A DNA stretch of 64,000 nucleotides from assembly GCA_037968855.1 (NCBI GenBank), contig JBBKWH010000095.1:11223-75222 (forward strand), written 5' to 3'. This DNA is from Moraxellaceae bacterium. Its GTDB lineage: Bacteria; Pseudomonadota; Gammaproteobacteria; Pseudomonadales; Moraxellaceae. The first letter of the stretch is position 1. Every line of letters starts with the position of its first letter. Position numbers and translations under genes: made by a program. The notes under the pieces are model-generated. The model saw nothing but the letters and a program-made list of their open reading frames with translations, had not been told where the DNA came from and searched no databases. Shown here piece after piece: positions 19,808 through 29,008 of this stretch.

Positions 19808-20823
19808 GGTGTGCTTTGTCCTTGTTCATCAAACAACCCATCAAACAACACCGATGACAAATAACGCTCACCCGAATCAGGCAAAATTACCACAATGGTT
19901 TTGCCTTGCATCTCTGGACGACTCGCGACGACCGCTGTCGCTGCCAATGCTGCACCGCAAGAGATACCGCACAAAATGCCTTCTTGGGTCATGGCTCGCC
20001 GCGCCCACGTCATCGCATCGCTGCTATCAATGGCTTGTACTTCATCAACAATCGATAAATCTAAATTACGCGGCAAAAAATTTGCGCCAATGCCTTGGAT
20101 CTTATGCGGTGCAGGTTGCAATGGCTGACCGGCCAGTGTTTGCGCGATTAATGGTGACTCTTCGGGTTCGACCGCCACGCTATATAGCGCTTGACCACGC
20201 GTTTGCTCAAAGTAACGCGAGATACCTGTAATCGTGCCACCAGTGCCAACACCAGCCACCAACACATCAACCTGCCCACCCGTTGCATCCCAAATCTCTG
20301 GGCCAGTCGTATTTTGGTGAATTTGTGGGTTAGCAGGATTATCAAACTGTTGTGGCAAAAAATACTGCTCAGGTGCAGCATCTTTGATCCGTTGGGCTTC
20401 ATCCACTGCGCCCTTCATGCCCAGTGCCGCCTCGGTTAAAATCAGATTTGCACCCAAGGCTTTGAGCACTTTACGCCGCTCAATACTCATGCTCGCAGGC
20501 ATAGTCAGGGTAATGTCATAGCCTTTGGCCGCAGCAACAAAGGCCAAAGCAATGCCTGTATTGCCGCTGGTTGGTTCGATAATTCGCACACCGGCTTTGA
20601 GTACGCCACGCGCCTCGGCGTCGGCAATCAACGATGCACCGACACGGCACTTGACCGAGAATGCGGGATTTCGGCTTTCAATTTTGGCCAATACCGTCAC
20701 ACCAGCAGGCATGATTCGATTAAGACGAACTAAAGGCGTGTTACCAATCGCTTCTGCATTATTGGCATACACCGCAATGCCTTTGTTAGTAGGGACTGCA
20801 TAGGCAGTATCCGTCGTCATCAT
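19804..20823 (-). CDS. cysK: Cysteine synthase A (O-acetylserine sulfhydrylase)
   Basis: Near full-length alignment to E. coli CysK ([11 protein letters not shown]..., [21 protein letters not shown]-like GIGANF). ATG-ATG start at 20823 preceded by GGAGAG. Confidence 0.85.
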   Translation of the reverse strand: MMTTDTAYAVPTNKGIAVYANNAEAIGNTPLVRLNRIMPAGVTVLAKIESRNPAFSVKCRVGASLIADAEARGVLKAGVRIIEPTSGNTGIALAFVAAAKGYDITLTMPASMSIERRKVLKALGANLILTEAALGMKGAVDEAQRIKDAAPEQYFLPQQFDNPANPQIHQNTTGPEIWDATGGQVDVLVAGVGTGGTITGISRYFEQTRGQALYSVAVEPEESPLIAQTLAGQPLQPAPHKIQGIGANFLPRNLDLSIVDEVQAIDSSDAMTWARRAMTQEGILCGISCGAALAATAVVASRPEMQGKTIVVILPDSGERYLSSVLFDGLFDEQGQSTP

Positions 20824-21184
20824 GACTCTCCATTCACAGCACATGAAAAATTGAATCGTTTGATCTTGCACGCAAATGCGTGGTGCTTCAATGCACAGCC
20901 AACGGAACACACAGGATCATCTGCATCTGCGTACTCATGACGCTCTGACAGCATGCCCTGCATCGGGCATAAAAGGTAACTGCGATACAAAGCCGCACCC
21001 AAACCTATCGCTGACAGGCTGTTTTTTGCACCAAAAAAGCGCGCTTGCAGCGATCATCTCGGGGCATCCCAAGTACAGCGTTGTAGCCATGTAACGTTAT
21101 GCAGCCAAAATGGTCGATAAATACACTATTGGCATCTTTATTGCTTCTGTCTGAACTTATGCTCATTTTTGAGGAGGCCTCATT

Positions 21185-22657
21185 TTGGCCAGCCGCTTAC
21201 CGTTATTTCAATTCGGGTTACCCCGCGTCCGAGTACTCCACTACACGTGGTTTGCTTTTTTTATCACTTTTTTGATGTGGTTTGCCCATGCTGCCTTGAT
21301 GCCGACCATCAAAGTGGATTTTGGTCTGACTGATGCTCAAGTCAAAACGATTTTGGTGCTCAACGTTGCCCTGACCATTCCCGCCCGAATCTTGATTGGG
21401 GTGTTGGTTGATCGCTACGGCCCACGTAAAGCCTACAGCGTGTTGCTGTTTGTCAGTGGCTTACTGTGTTTCTTGTTTGCTGCGGCACAGAGTTTTGAGT
21501 GGCTGGCCATTAGCCGCTTCTTGCTCGGTTTTGTTGGCGCAGGCTTTGTGGTCGGTATTCGCTTGATCTCTGAGTGGTTCCCTGCCCGTGAAGTCGGTTC
21601 TGCTGAAGGGATCTACGGTGGTTGGGGTAACTTTGGCGCGGCGGTTGCCTCCATGTCGATGCCCTTTTTGGCCTTGGCCTTTGGTGGCGAAAATGGCTGG
21701 CGCTATGCGATTGCCACCACTGGCGTGATCGCGATTGTATATGCGTTTATTTTTTATCGTGGCGTACGTGACACCCCAGAAGGTGCAACGTACTTTAAAC
21801 CCAAAAAAGCTGGTGGTTTAGAAGTCACCACCAAGTCAGATTTTTGGTTTTATGCCCTAATGACCTTGCCGCTGTATGCCACCTTGGCATTGCTGACATG
21901 GCGCTTGTCACCAACAGGTCTAAAGCTGCTGTCAGATAGCCAAACCTTAATCGCTTATGCGGTGGTGTTTGCCTTAGCAGCTTATCAATACGTCAAAATC
22001 TGGCAGGTCAACAAGCACCTGTTTGCCAGCAACTATGTGGCTCAGCCGCATTTGGGTGGCTATAAATTTAAGCAAGTGGCGATCTTAAACATGGCGTATA
22101 TGGCCTGCTTTGGGTCTGAGCTGGCCGTGGTCTCCATGCTGCCGCAGTACTTTATTACCAACTACAGCATCAGCACCACCTTGGCAGGTCTGACCGCAGG
22201 TTGCTTTGCGGTGATGAACTTGTTTGCTCGTCCCGGTGGCGGCTTTTTGTCCGATGCAGTCGGTCGTCGTAAAGTATTGATGGTTGCACTGGCCGGTCAA
22301 ACCATTGGCTATCTGTTTATGGCACAAATGACCAATCTACCGTTGGTCGGTGCAGTCCTCATCGTGCTGTGTACCTCGGTCTTTGTACAGGCCGCCTGTG
22401 GCGCGGTGTACTCGGTTGTGCCGTTGATTCAACGTCGTATGACTGGTCAGATCGCGGGTATGGCGGGCGCTTACGGTAACGTCGGTGGCGTGCTGTTCTT
22501 GACCTTATTCTCGCTGATTAGCCCGATTGGTTTCTTCTGGACCTTGGCTGGTTTTGCCGGTATTGCCTTTGCCGCGTCACTATTCTTGGATGAGCCAGAA
22601 GGCCACATGATCGAAGTCCGCGAAGACGGTAGTATCGAAAAAATCGCTGTTCAATAA
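21185..22657 (+). CDS. MFS nitrate/nitrite transporter (NNP family, NarK/NasA-like)
   Basis: 12 TM helices with two NNP signature blocks (GGWGNFGAAV and AGAYGNVGGV). TTG start 7 nt after GAGGAGG. Confidence 0.75.
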   Translation: MASRLPLFQFGLPRVRVLHYTWFAFFITFLMWFAHAALMPTIKVDFGLTDAQVKTILVLNVALTIPARILIGVLVDRYGPRKAYSVLLFVSGLLCFLFAAAQSFEWLAISRFLLGFVGAGFVVGIRLISEWFPAREVGSAEGIYGGWGNFGAAVASMSMPFLALAFGGENGWRYAIATTGVIAIVYAFIFYRGVRDTPEGATYFKPKKAGGLEVTTKSDFWFYALMTLPLYATLALLTWRLSPTGLKLLSDSQTLIAYAVVFALAAYQYVKIWQVNKHLFASNYVAQPHLGGYKFKQVAILNMAYMACFGSELAVVSMLPQYFITNYSISTTLAGLTAGCFAVMNLFARPGGGFLSDAVGRRKVLMVALAGQTIGYLFMAQMTNLPLVGAVLIVLCTSVFVQAACGAVYSVVPLIQRRMTGQIAGMAGAYGNVGGVLFLTLFSLISPIGFFWTLAGFAGIAFAASLFLDEPEGHMIEVREDGSIEKIAVQ

Positions 22658-22683
22658 TCATGCAACATGTCCTGATGGACTGA

Positions 22684-22708
22684 TCTAACAAATACGCCCA
22701 GTTCGCTG
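22684..22708 (+). terminator. Intrinsic terminator/attenuator between NNP transporter gene and kinase gene
   Basis: ACGCCCAG-TTCG-CTGGGCGT followed by TTTTT. Confidence 0.5.
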
Positions 22709-22771
22709 GGCGTTTTTGTCTGTGTTATACCCCTACAGTCGTTTTTCTTTTTTTGAGCACTCGAGCCTGCC

Positions 22772-24460
22772 ATGTCTTTACTTGTCCAAATCGCCCAACG
22801 CAGCAGTGCCGGACCCAAAAGCAAGAACGATGATGCAGTGTGTATCCATATGCCGAGCGGTAGTGGACGTGCCAGCCGTAGCATGATTGCCACCATTGCC
22901 GATGGTGTGAGTGTGGCCCGTCATGGCGATGAAGCTGCCGCGATTGCAGCGCATAGCTTTTGCAGTGATTTTTTTGCCACTGACCCGCACTGGTCAATCC
23001 AAACCGCAGGGTATCGGGTGATTGAGGGCATTCATCGCTGGTTGGCAGGTCAGAGCCAGCATTATTTATACGAGGCCCACAATAGTCACCTCACCACCTT
23101 TAGCACTGTCATTGTGCAAGGCGAATCGGCTTATGTGTTTCATGTGGGTGATTCACGGGTATGGCGACTGCGCGAAGGCCAACTTGAACCTCTAACCAGC
23201 GACCACGTGATTCGTGGGATGGGGAGCAACCAACTGACCCGCGCCTTGGGCATGGAAGGTCGGATTGATGTGGATTTTCGCCAAGTTGATGTCAAAGCTG
23301 GCGACCGTTTTTTGTTGACCACCGATGGTATTCATGGCTTTGTACCCAACAACAAGTTAGTTGGATTGATTAGTGGCGATAATTTAGAAGATTGTTTAGA
23401 TGCCTTATTTGATATGGCGCAGGCGCGTGACAGTAACGACAACCAAAGTGCGCAACTGATCCAAATTGATCAAATCGACCCTGATTTACACGAAACCCAG
23501 CCCAATTATCACCTACCACCACTGCCTGATTTATTGACCGAAGGCCAACGGGTAGATGGCTATACCATCGTGCGTGAACTGCACGCCAATGCCCGCAGTA
23601 CCGTGTATCAAGCTATCCGCGAGAGCGATGGCGTACAAGTGGTGCTCAAAGCCCCTTCCCCACAACTGGCTCAAGACCACGACGCGCTACAAGCCTTTAT
23701 GCGTGAAGACTGGATTGGCCAGCGTATTGATCATCCTGATGTGGTGCGTACCTTTAGCCCTGATCCAGACCGCAAGTTTTTGTACCTGATTCAAGAGTAC
23801 CTGTCCGGTTGTAACCTACGGGTCTGGCGGCAAAACCATCCCGAAGCACCCGTGCAAACCGTGATTGGTTTGGCCCGTCCGGTGGTGCGTGCCTTACGCG
23901 CCTTGCACCGCCGCGAAACCCTGCACCAAGACATCAAGCCTGACAACCTAATTTTGCTGGACGATGGACGGGTCAAACTGATTGATCTGGGCAGCGCACG
24001 CGTCGGTAGTATTCACGACGAGCGCGCCCGACCGGGGGCTTATGAGTATGCCGCGCCCGAATATGTTTTGGGCCAACCGATTGACGGGAGGGCGGATCAA
24101 TTTGCCTTGGCGGTGAGTTTTTATGAGCTGTTAACCGGTGCATTTCCGTATGGCCCACACTATGTAGACGCCAGTACGACCAGCGATTTTAATCAACTTT
24201 TTTATACGCCAGCCAGCCAATACAATCCGCATGTACCCGCATGGATGGACGCTGCGCTCATGCGTGCCTCACACCTTGATGCCAATCTACGCTATGCTGA
24301 TTTGGGCGAATTTATGGCTGACCTTGAACGGCCAAATCCAGATCTGTCTCGTCCTAGACAGCCTTTAATTGAGCGGTCGCCGGTCAGGTTTTGGCAAACG
24401 GTCAGTGTATTGTTATTGCTTGGTCATCTGGTTTGGTTGATGATCTGGTTTAGACCATAA
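22772..24460 (+). CDS. Fusion protein: N-terminal PP2C-type Ser/Thr phosphatase domain + Ser/Thr protein kinase domain + C-terminal TM segment
   Basis: PP2C blocks (IADGVS..., LTTDGIHGFV, DNQSAQL). Kinase blocks (VVLK, HQDIKPDNLIL, DLGSARV, YAAPEY); the glycine-rich loop is degenerate. Hydrophobic tail WQTVSVLLLLGHLVWLMIWF. Confidence 0.7.
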   Translation: MSLLVQIAQRSSAGPKSKNDDAVCIHMPSGSGRASRSMIATIADGVSVARHGDEAAAIAAHSFCSDFFATDPHWSIQTAGYRVIEGIHRWLAGQSQHYLYEAHNSHLTTFSTVIVQGESAYVFHVGDSRVWRLREGQLEPLTSDHVIRGMGSNQLTRALGMEGRIDVDFRQVDVKAGDRFLLTTDGIHGFVPNNKLVGLISGDNLEDCLDALFDMAQARDSNDNQSAQLIQIDQIDPDLHETQPNYHLPPLPDLLTEGQRVDGYTIVRELHANARSTVYQAIRESDGVQVVLKAPSPQLAQDHDALQAFMREDWIGQRIDHPDVVRTFSPDPDRKFLYLIQEYLSGCNLRVWRQNHPEAPVQTVIGLARPVVRALRALHRRETLHQDIKPDNLILLDDGRVKLIDLGSARVGSIHDERARPGAYEYAAPEYVLGQPIDGRADQFALAVSFYELLTGAFPYGPHYVDASTTSDFNQLFYTPASQYNPHVPAWMDAALMRASHLDANLRYADLGEFMADLERPNPDLSRPRQPLIERSPVRFWQTVSVLLLLGHLVWLMIWFRP

Positions 24461-24526
24461 TGACGCTAGACAAGCGGGTTTAGGAAGAACAGCCGCCAAT
24501 AGCCAACTTAGCCTAGAAGAGGCCAC

Positions 24527-25339
24527 ATGAAACTGGATTTGATTGATGCATTTACCACCAGCCTACCTTTTTCGGGGAATCCAGCGGCGGTGATTCAAAG
24601 CAGTCAGCCTTTGTCTGATGAACTGATGCAACAGATTGCCGCCCAACATAATTTGTCCGAAACGGCATTTATTACGCCCATCGAAGACATGCCAGAGCAT
24701 TACTATATTCGCTGGTTTACCCCCACCACCGAAGTCGATCTATGTGGTCATGCCACACTCGCCGCAGCCTATGCGGTGTTTGTTGATCATCAAGTTCGGC
24801 AAGTCACGTTTCATACCAAAAAACATGGATCCTTGCCAGTTGTACTGCGCAATGAAGGTCTGTGCATGGACTTTCCCGTCCAGCCACAGCGTCGGGTCGA
24901 AACCGCCCCACTCACCTTGGTCAATGCCATCCCACAGGGCTTTAGTGAGGTGTTTTTTGGAACCGACTGGCTGGTGGTCTACGACGACCCCGAACTGGTA
25001 CTGACCGCCGAGCCTGACTTTAGTAGTCTGGCACGCCTGCCAGGTCGTGGGGTGATTTTGACCGCACCTGGTATTGGCGAGTATGACTTTATCAGCCGAT
25101 TTTTTGCACCGCGTGTAGGCATTAACGAAGACCCCGCCACAGGATCAGCCCATTGCGCCCTTGGCCCCTACTGGTGTGTACGTCTAGAGCGACAACGGGT
25201 GACCGGCTGGCAAGCCTCCAAACGTGGCGGCGCATTGACGGTTGATGTCGGCCATGGCCGTGTCAGCCTGATGGGGCGTTGTCGCTTATATAGCAGTAGC
25301 TGGATCCATCAAGACACCTTGGACCATCTGGGGCTATAA
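24527..25339 (+). CDS. PhzF-family (phenazine-biosynthesis-like) isomerase
   Basis: MKLDLIDAFT...SGNPAAV... and a second half with ...DPATGSAHCALGPYW..., the typical PhzF/YddE duplicated fold. Confidence 0.8.
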   Translation: MKLDLIDAFTTSLPFSGNPAAVIQSSQPLSDELMQQIAAQHNLSETAFITPIEDMPEHYYIRWFTPTTEVDLCGHATLAAAYAVFVDHQVRQVTFHTKKHGSLPVVLRNEGLCMDFPVQPQRRVETAPLTLVNAIPQGFSEVFFGTDWLVVYDDPELVLTAEPDFSSLARLPGRGVILTAPGIGEYDFISRFFAPRVGINEDPATGSAHCALGPYWCVRLERQRVTGWQASKRGGALTVDVGHGRVSLMGRCRLYSSSWIHQDTLDHLGL

Positions 25340-25423
25340 GCCGCGCTTAAACACACGGCGCGGACAGACAAGATAGCCGCGCTGCGTTATGCTTTACATC
25401 TGATTGATGTTGAGCGACGACTG

Positions 25424-25636
25424 ATGGTACTGACAGACGCAATGGTCACCAAAATTGGTATGGGAGTTGGCGTACCGATTGTACTGATCTTTTTGTTTTT
25501 TATTATTTGGGATTTGGCCAGAGAGTCAAAGGCTGGACGCTTTGGCACCATCATGATGTTCTTGGTACTTGGTGGCGGATTTATTAGTTATATTATTAAA
25601 GAAGTGATTGTGTTCTTTATGGAACGCAATATTTAA
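25424..25636 (+). CDS. Small hydrophobic protein (two predicted TM helices)
   Basis: 70-aa ORF, IVLIFLFFIIWDL and IMMFLVLGGGFISYII. No homology recognised. Confidence 0.3.
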   Translation: MVLTDAMVTKIGMGVGVPIVLIFLFFIIWDLARESKAGRFGTIMMFLVLGGGFISYIIKEVIVFFMERNI

Positions 25637-25720
25637 AGCCCGAGATTATCTAAAGAGGTGGCTCGAAGTTGAATATTTGGCAGTAAACCTCTAGTGCATT
25701 TGGTCTCAATACCACCCCAC

Positions 25721-25749
25721 AAAAAAGCAGCCCGAAGGCTGCTTTTTTT
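25721..25749. terminator. Bidirectional rho-independent terminator (fadD 3' end)
   Basis: AAAAAAGCAGCC-CGAA-GGCTGCTTTTTTT. Confidence 0.6.
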
Positions 25750-25778
25750 GGCTAGACGTTATCTGTCAGCATGGACGC

Positions 25779-27449
25779 TTATTTGCGCAGTTCTTTACGC
25801 AAGATTTTACCGACTGGAGACTTTGGTAGCTCGTCCATAAACTCAACATGACGAGGCTGTTTGTAGCCAGTCAGGTTTTCGCGGGTAAATGCCAATACTT
25901 CTTCAACCGTTAGGCTTGGGTCGCTTTTTACAACAAACAACTTAGGCACTTCACCGCTTTTTTCGTCTGGTACGCCAATCGCCGCCGCTTCCAATACTTT
26001 TGGATGCTGAGTAATGACTTCTTCGATCTCGGCTGGATAGACGTTAAAGCCAGAAACCAAAATCATGTCTTTTTTGCGGTCAACAATCTTGGTATAGCCT
26101 TTGTCATCCATCACACCGATATCGCCAGTACGGAAGAATCCATCGCTGGTCATGACGTTGGCGGTGTCTTCTGGACGCTGCCAATAGCCCTTCATGACCT
26201 GTGGGCCACGAATGGCAATTTCGCCACGCTCGCCCAAGGCAACCGGCTGGCCATCATCGTCCAAAATCGCCACTTCAGTAGATGGCAATGGAATACCAAT
26301 GTTACCGGTATAGGCTTTGATATCTGGTGGATTGGCAGTGGCCACTGGCGAGGTTTCAGACAGACCATAACCTTCGACAATCGGAACACCAGTGATTTTT
26401 TGCCATGCTTCAGCCGTTGATTGCAGAACCGCCATCCCGCCACCCATCGCCATGCTCATTTTGGAATGATCAAGCTTTTGGAAGTCTGGGTTATGCACGA
26501 GGGCATTAAACAAGGTGTTAACCGCTGGGAAGAAGGCCGGTTGATACTTGCCAACTTCTTTGACCAAACCCGGAATATCGCGCGGGTTCGGCACCAGCAG
26601 GTTCATGCTGCCTTTGTACATGCCGTACATGGCACAGACCATAAAGGCAAAAATATGATACAGCGGCAAGGCACACAAGATCACTTGACCGTCTTGCTCA
26701 CCATCACCAAACGCCACCACAAACATGGCATCAACCTGCATCAGATTGGCGACCAAGTTACGATGGGTCAGCTCGGCACCTTTAGACACACCAGTGGTAC
26801 CACCGGTGTATTGCAGCACGGCTGTATCAGCCAGCGCGACGGTTGGACGGCTGTATTTTTTGCCTTTGCCACGTGCCAAGGCTTTGTTAAACAACACATG
26901 GCCGGGAATAGACCATGCTGGAATTTCTTTGCGCACATGACGCAACACGGTGTTGACGATCAAGCCTTTCGGGAAGCCCAGCAAGTCGCCAACGGAGGCA
27001 ACCACCACATGACGAACAGGTGTGCCTTTGGCAATCTGTTGATAGACGGTGGCAAACTTGTCCAAAATGATCAGCACTTCAGAGCCTGAGTCTTTGAGTT
27101 GATGCTCAAGCTCGCGTGAGGTGTAGAGCGGGTTGACGTTCACCAGCACAAAACCTGCGCGCAAAATAGCAACCGCAGTAATTGGATACTGCAAGACGTT
27201 GGGCAGCATCACGGCCACGCGTGCGCCTTTTTTTAGACCCAGTGACTGTAGGTAAGCCGCAAACTCACGGCTGGCCTGATCCAGTTCACGATAGGTGATT
27301 CGCTTGTCCATACAGACAAAGGCATCACGGCTGCCAAATTTTTGGAAGTTGCGCTCAAAGATGTCTACCAGTGAGGTGTTATCCGCAGGCAAAACGACTT
27401 CAGGGGCAATACCGGAGGACTTGTAGGTATCAAGCCAAATTTTTTCCAT
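25779..27449 (-). CDS. fadD: Long-chain-fatty-acid--CoA ligase
   Basis: 556 aa, AMP-binding signature (YTGGTTGVSKGA), and ends ...GKILRKELRK. Confidence 0.85.
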   Translation of the reverse strand: MEKIWLDTYKSSGIAPEVVLPADNTSLVDIFERNFQKFGSRDAFVCMDKRITYRELDQASREFAAYLQSLGLKKGARVAVMLPNVLQYPITAVAILRAGFVLVNVNPLYTSRELEHQLKDSGSEVLIILDKFATVYQQIAKGTPVRHVVVASVGDLLGFPKGLIVNTVLRHVRKEIPAWSIPGHVLFNKALARGKGKKYSRPTVALADTAVLQYTGGTTGVSKGAELTHRNLVANLMQVDAMFVVAFGDGEQDGQVILCALPLYHIFAFMVCAMYGMYKGSMNLLVPNPRDIPGLVKEVGKYQPAFFPAVNTLFNALVHNPDFQKLDHSKMSMAMGGGMAVLQSTAEAWQKITGVPIVEGYGLSETSPVATANPPDIKAYTGNIGIPLPSTEVAILDDDGQPVALGERGEIAIRGPQVMKGYWQRPEDTANVMTSDGFFRTGDIGVMDDKGYTKIVDRKKDMILVSGFNVYPAEIEEVITQHPKVLEAAAIGVPDEKSGEVPKLFVVKSDPSLTVEEVLAFTRENLTGYKQPRHVEFMDELPKSPVGKILRKELRK

Positions 27450-27547
27450 GGGGATCTCTCCAGATCGTTTCGAATAAAATGTGTTGACCGTGGCTTGGCG
27501 ATTGACCAGCCCGAATGAGATTTATGCTCCTTCAGTCAATGCGAATC

Positions 27548-28855
27548 CTAACAGGAATGCGCATCAACAAAAAAGCGATGACGCCCATCCCGTTTGGCTA
27601 AATACAAGGCACTGTCAACACGACGCAAAAACTCTAACTCATCGGCATCCTCTGCAATCGCTGTTGCCACACCCGCACTGACGGTTAAATGGGCTGCAAC
27701 CTGCGACCACCGATGCTCAATTAACAAACGATCCACTGCCGCAATCACTCGCTTGGCGACTTCGGATGCACCATTTAACCCTGTGTTGGGCAGCATCAAC
27801 ATAAAGGATTCGCCACTGTAACGACAGGCTTGATCAGCTGGACGCAATAACGCACCACGCAGGCAACTCGCCACTTCTTGCAATGCGGTATCGCCAGCCA
27901 GATGACCGTAGTTGTCGTTATACAGCTTAAAATAATCAATATCGATAAACACCAAGGCCAGCGGCTGCTGGTCACGGCGGGTTCGCTCCCACTCTCGATG
28001 AAATAAATCATCAAAGGCTTGGCGATTGGGCAAACCGCTCAATACATCCTCTCTCGCCACGCGCACCAACTGTTGATTGAGTGACTCTAACTGAGTGGCC
28101 TGTTGTGACAGCATCAGGGTTTGCAAAAACCCCAAGCGATCCTTGGCCTCAATCAGCGCCATCACAAACACCACCACCACACAGTACAACAAGAAAAAAT
28201 GCCCCATCTTGAGCCAGTCAATATGCGCATTGAGCAATAAGCCCGTGAGCAAGGCACAACTGGTCGCCCCAACCAACATCAACACAAAGGTTGAGGTCCT
28301 AATACGCGAGGCAAACGCGGTCAGCATCAACATCATGTTGACGTTAACGCTGGCATGAAAGGCAAAATCTAAGGTCACGGACAAAAAAACAGCCAACAGC
28401 AGTAGCAGCAATAAAATGCCACCAGATACGCTAATGATCAGTTCAAAATGATGTGCCAAACGACGATGCTGTGGCAGCAACAGTGCCGCCAGCAAAGCCG
28501 CCAAACCCGGCAAGAGCAATAGCTTGAGATACAAGCCATTTTGAGAAAAAACATCGGTCGGAAAAAACTGCACCGCCATGCCTAGTAGCATGACGTACAT
28601 GATCATCATCATGGGCCAGGCGGGCCGTACCAAGGTGCGATACTCACGACTGCGCTGGGCTAAAAACAGCGACTCAAGCTCATCAAAAGCAAAGCGCAAA
28701 GTCAATCCACGATGGTCTAACAACTCGCGCATATATTGCACAATTTGTGGCGACAGATGGCCTACGGCGGCGGCAGCATGATCCTGCTCAGAGCCATCTT
28801 GCTCAGCCTGAGCCTGATGCGAAAGGACGGTAGAAGACTCGCCACGATTACTCAA
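27548..28855 (-). CDS. Membrane-anchored GGDEF-domain protein with degenerate active-site motif
   Basis: About 8 N-terminal TM helices, then a GGDEF fold (LALVFIDIDYFKLYNDNYGHLAGDTAL). The signature reads RYSGESF instead of RYGG(D/E)EF. Confidence 0.75.
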   Translation of the reverse strand: MSNRGESSTVLSHQAQAEQDGSEQDHAAAAVGHLSPQIVQYMRELLDHRGLTLRFAFDELESLFLAQRSREYRTLVRPAWPMMMIMYVMLLGMAVQFFPTDVFSQNGLYLKLLLLPGLAALLAALLLPQHRRLAHHFELIISVSGGILLLLLLLAVFLSVTLDFAFHASVNVNMMLMLTAFASRIRTSTFVLMLVGATSCALLTGLLLNAHIDWLKMGHFFLLYCVVVVFVMALIEAKDRLGFLQTLMLSQQATQLESLNQQLVRVAREDVLSGLPNRQAFDDLFHREWERTRRDQQPLALVFIDIDYFKLYNDNYGHLAGDTALQEVASCLRGALLRPADQACRYSGESFMLMLPNTGLNGASEVAKRVIAAVDRLLIEHRWSQVAAHLTVSAGVATAIAEDADELEFLRRVDSALYLAKRDGRHRFFVDAHSC

Positions 28856-29008
28856 CGATGTACTCCTTGGCCTATTTTTGACATGCGGGACGATCCTGTC
28901 CGGTCTATTTTGGCGACATAGACGCCCAATCTTTCACACCCCGCAGCAAAAGGCAACAACCGCTAGACCAAGTGGTGCATCCTTTTTGCCGCATTGGTGA
29001 TGCTGTGC

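Noticed and set aside
26004-27089. Antisense ORFs of 138 and 222 aa within fadD
   Set aside because: They lie fully inside a well-supported CDS on the other strand. Their amino-acid composition is H/Q/G-rich and nonsense-like.
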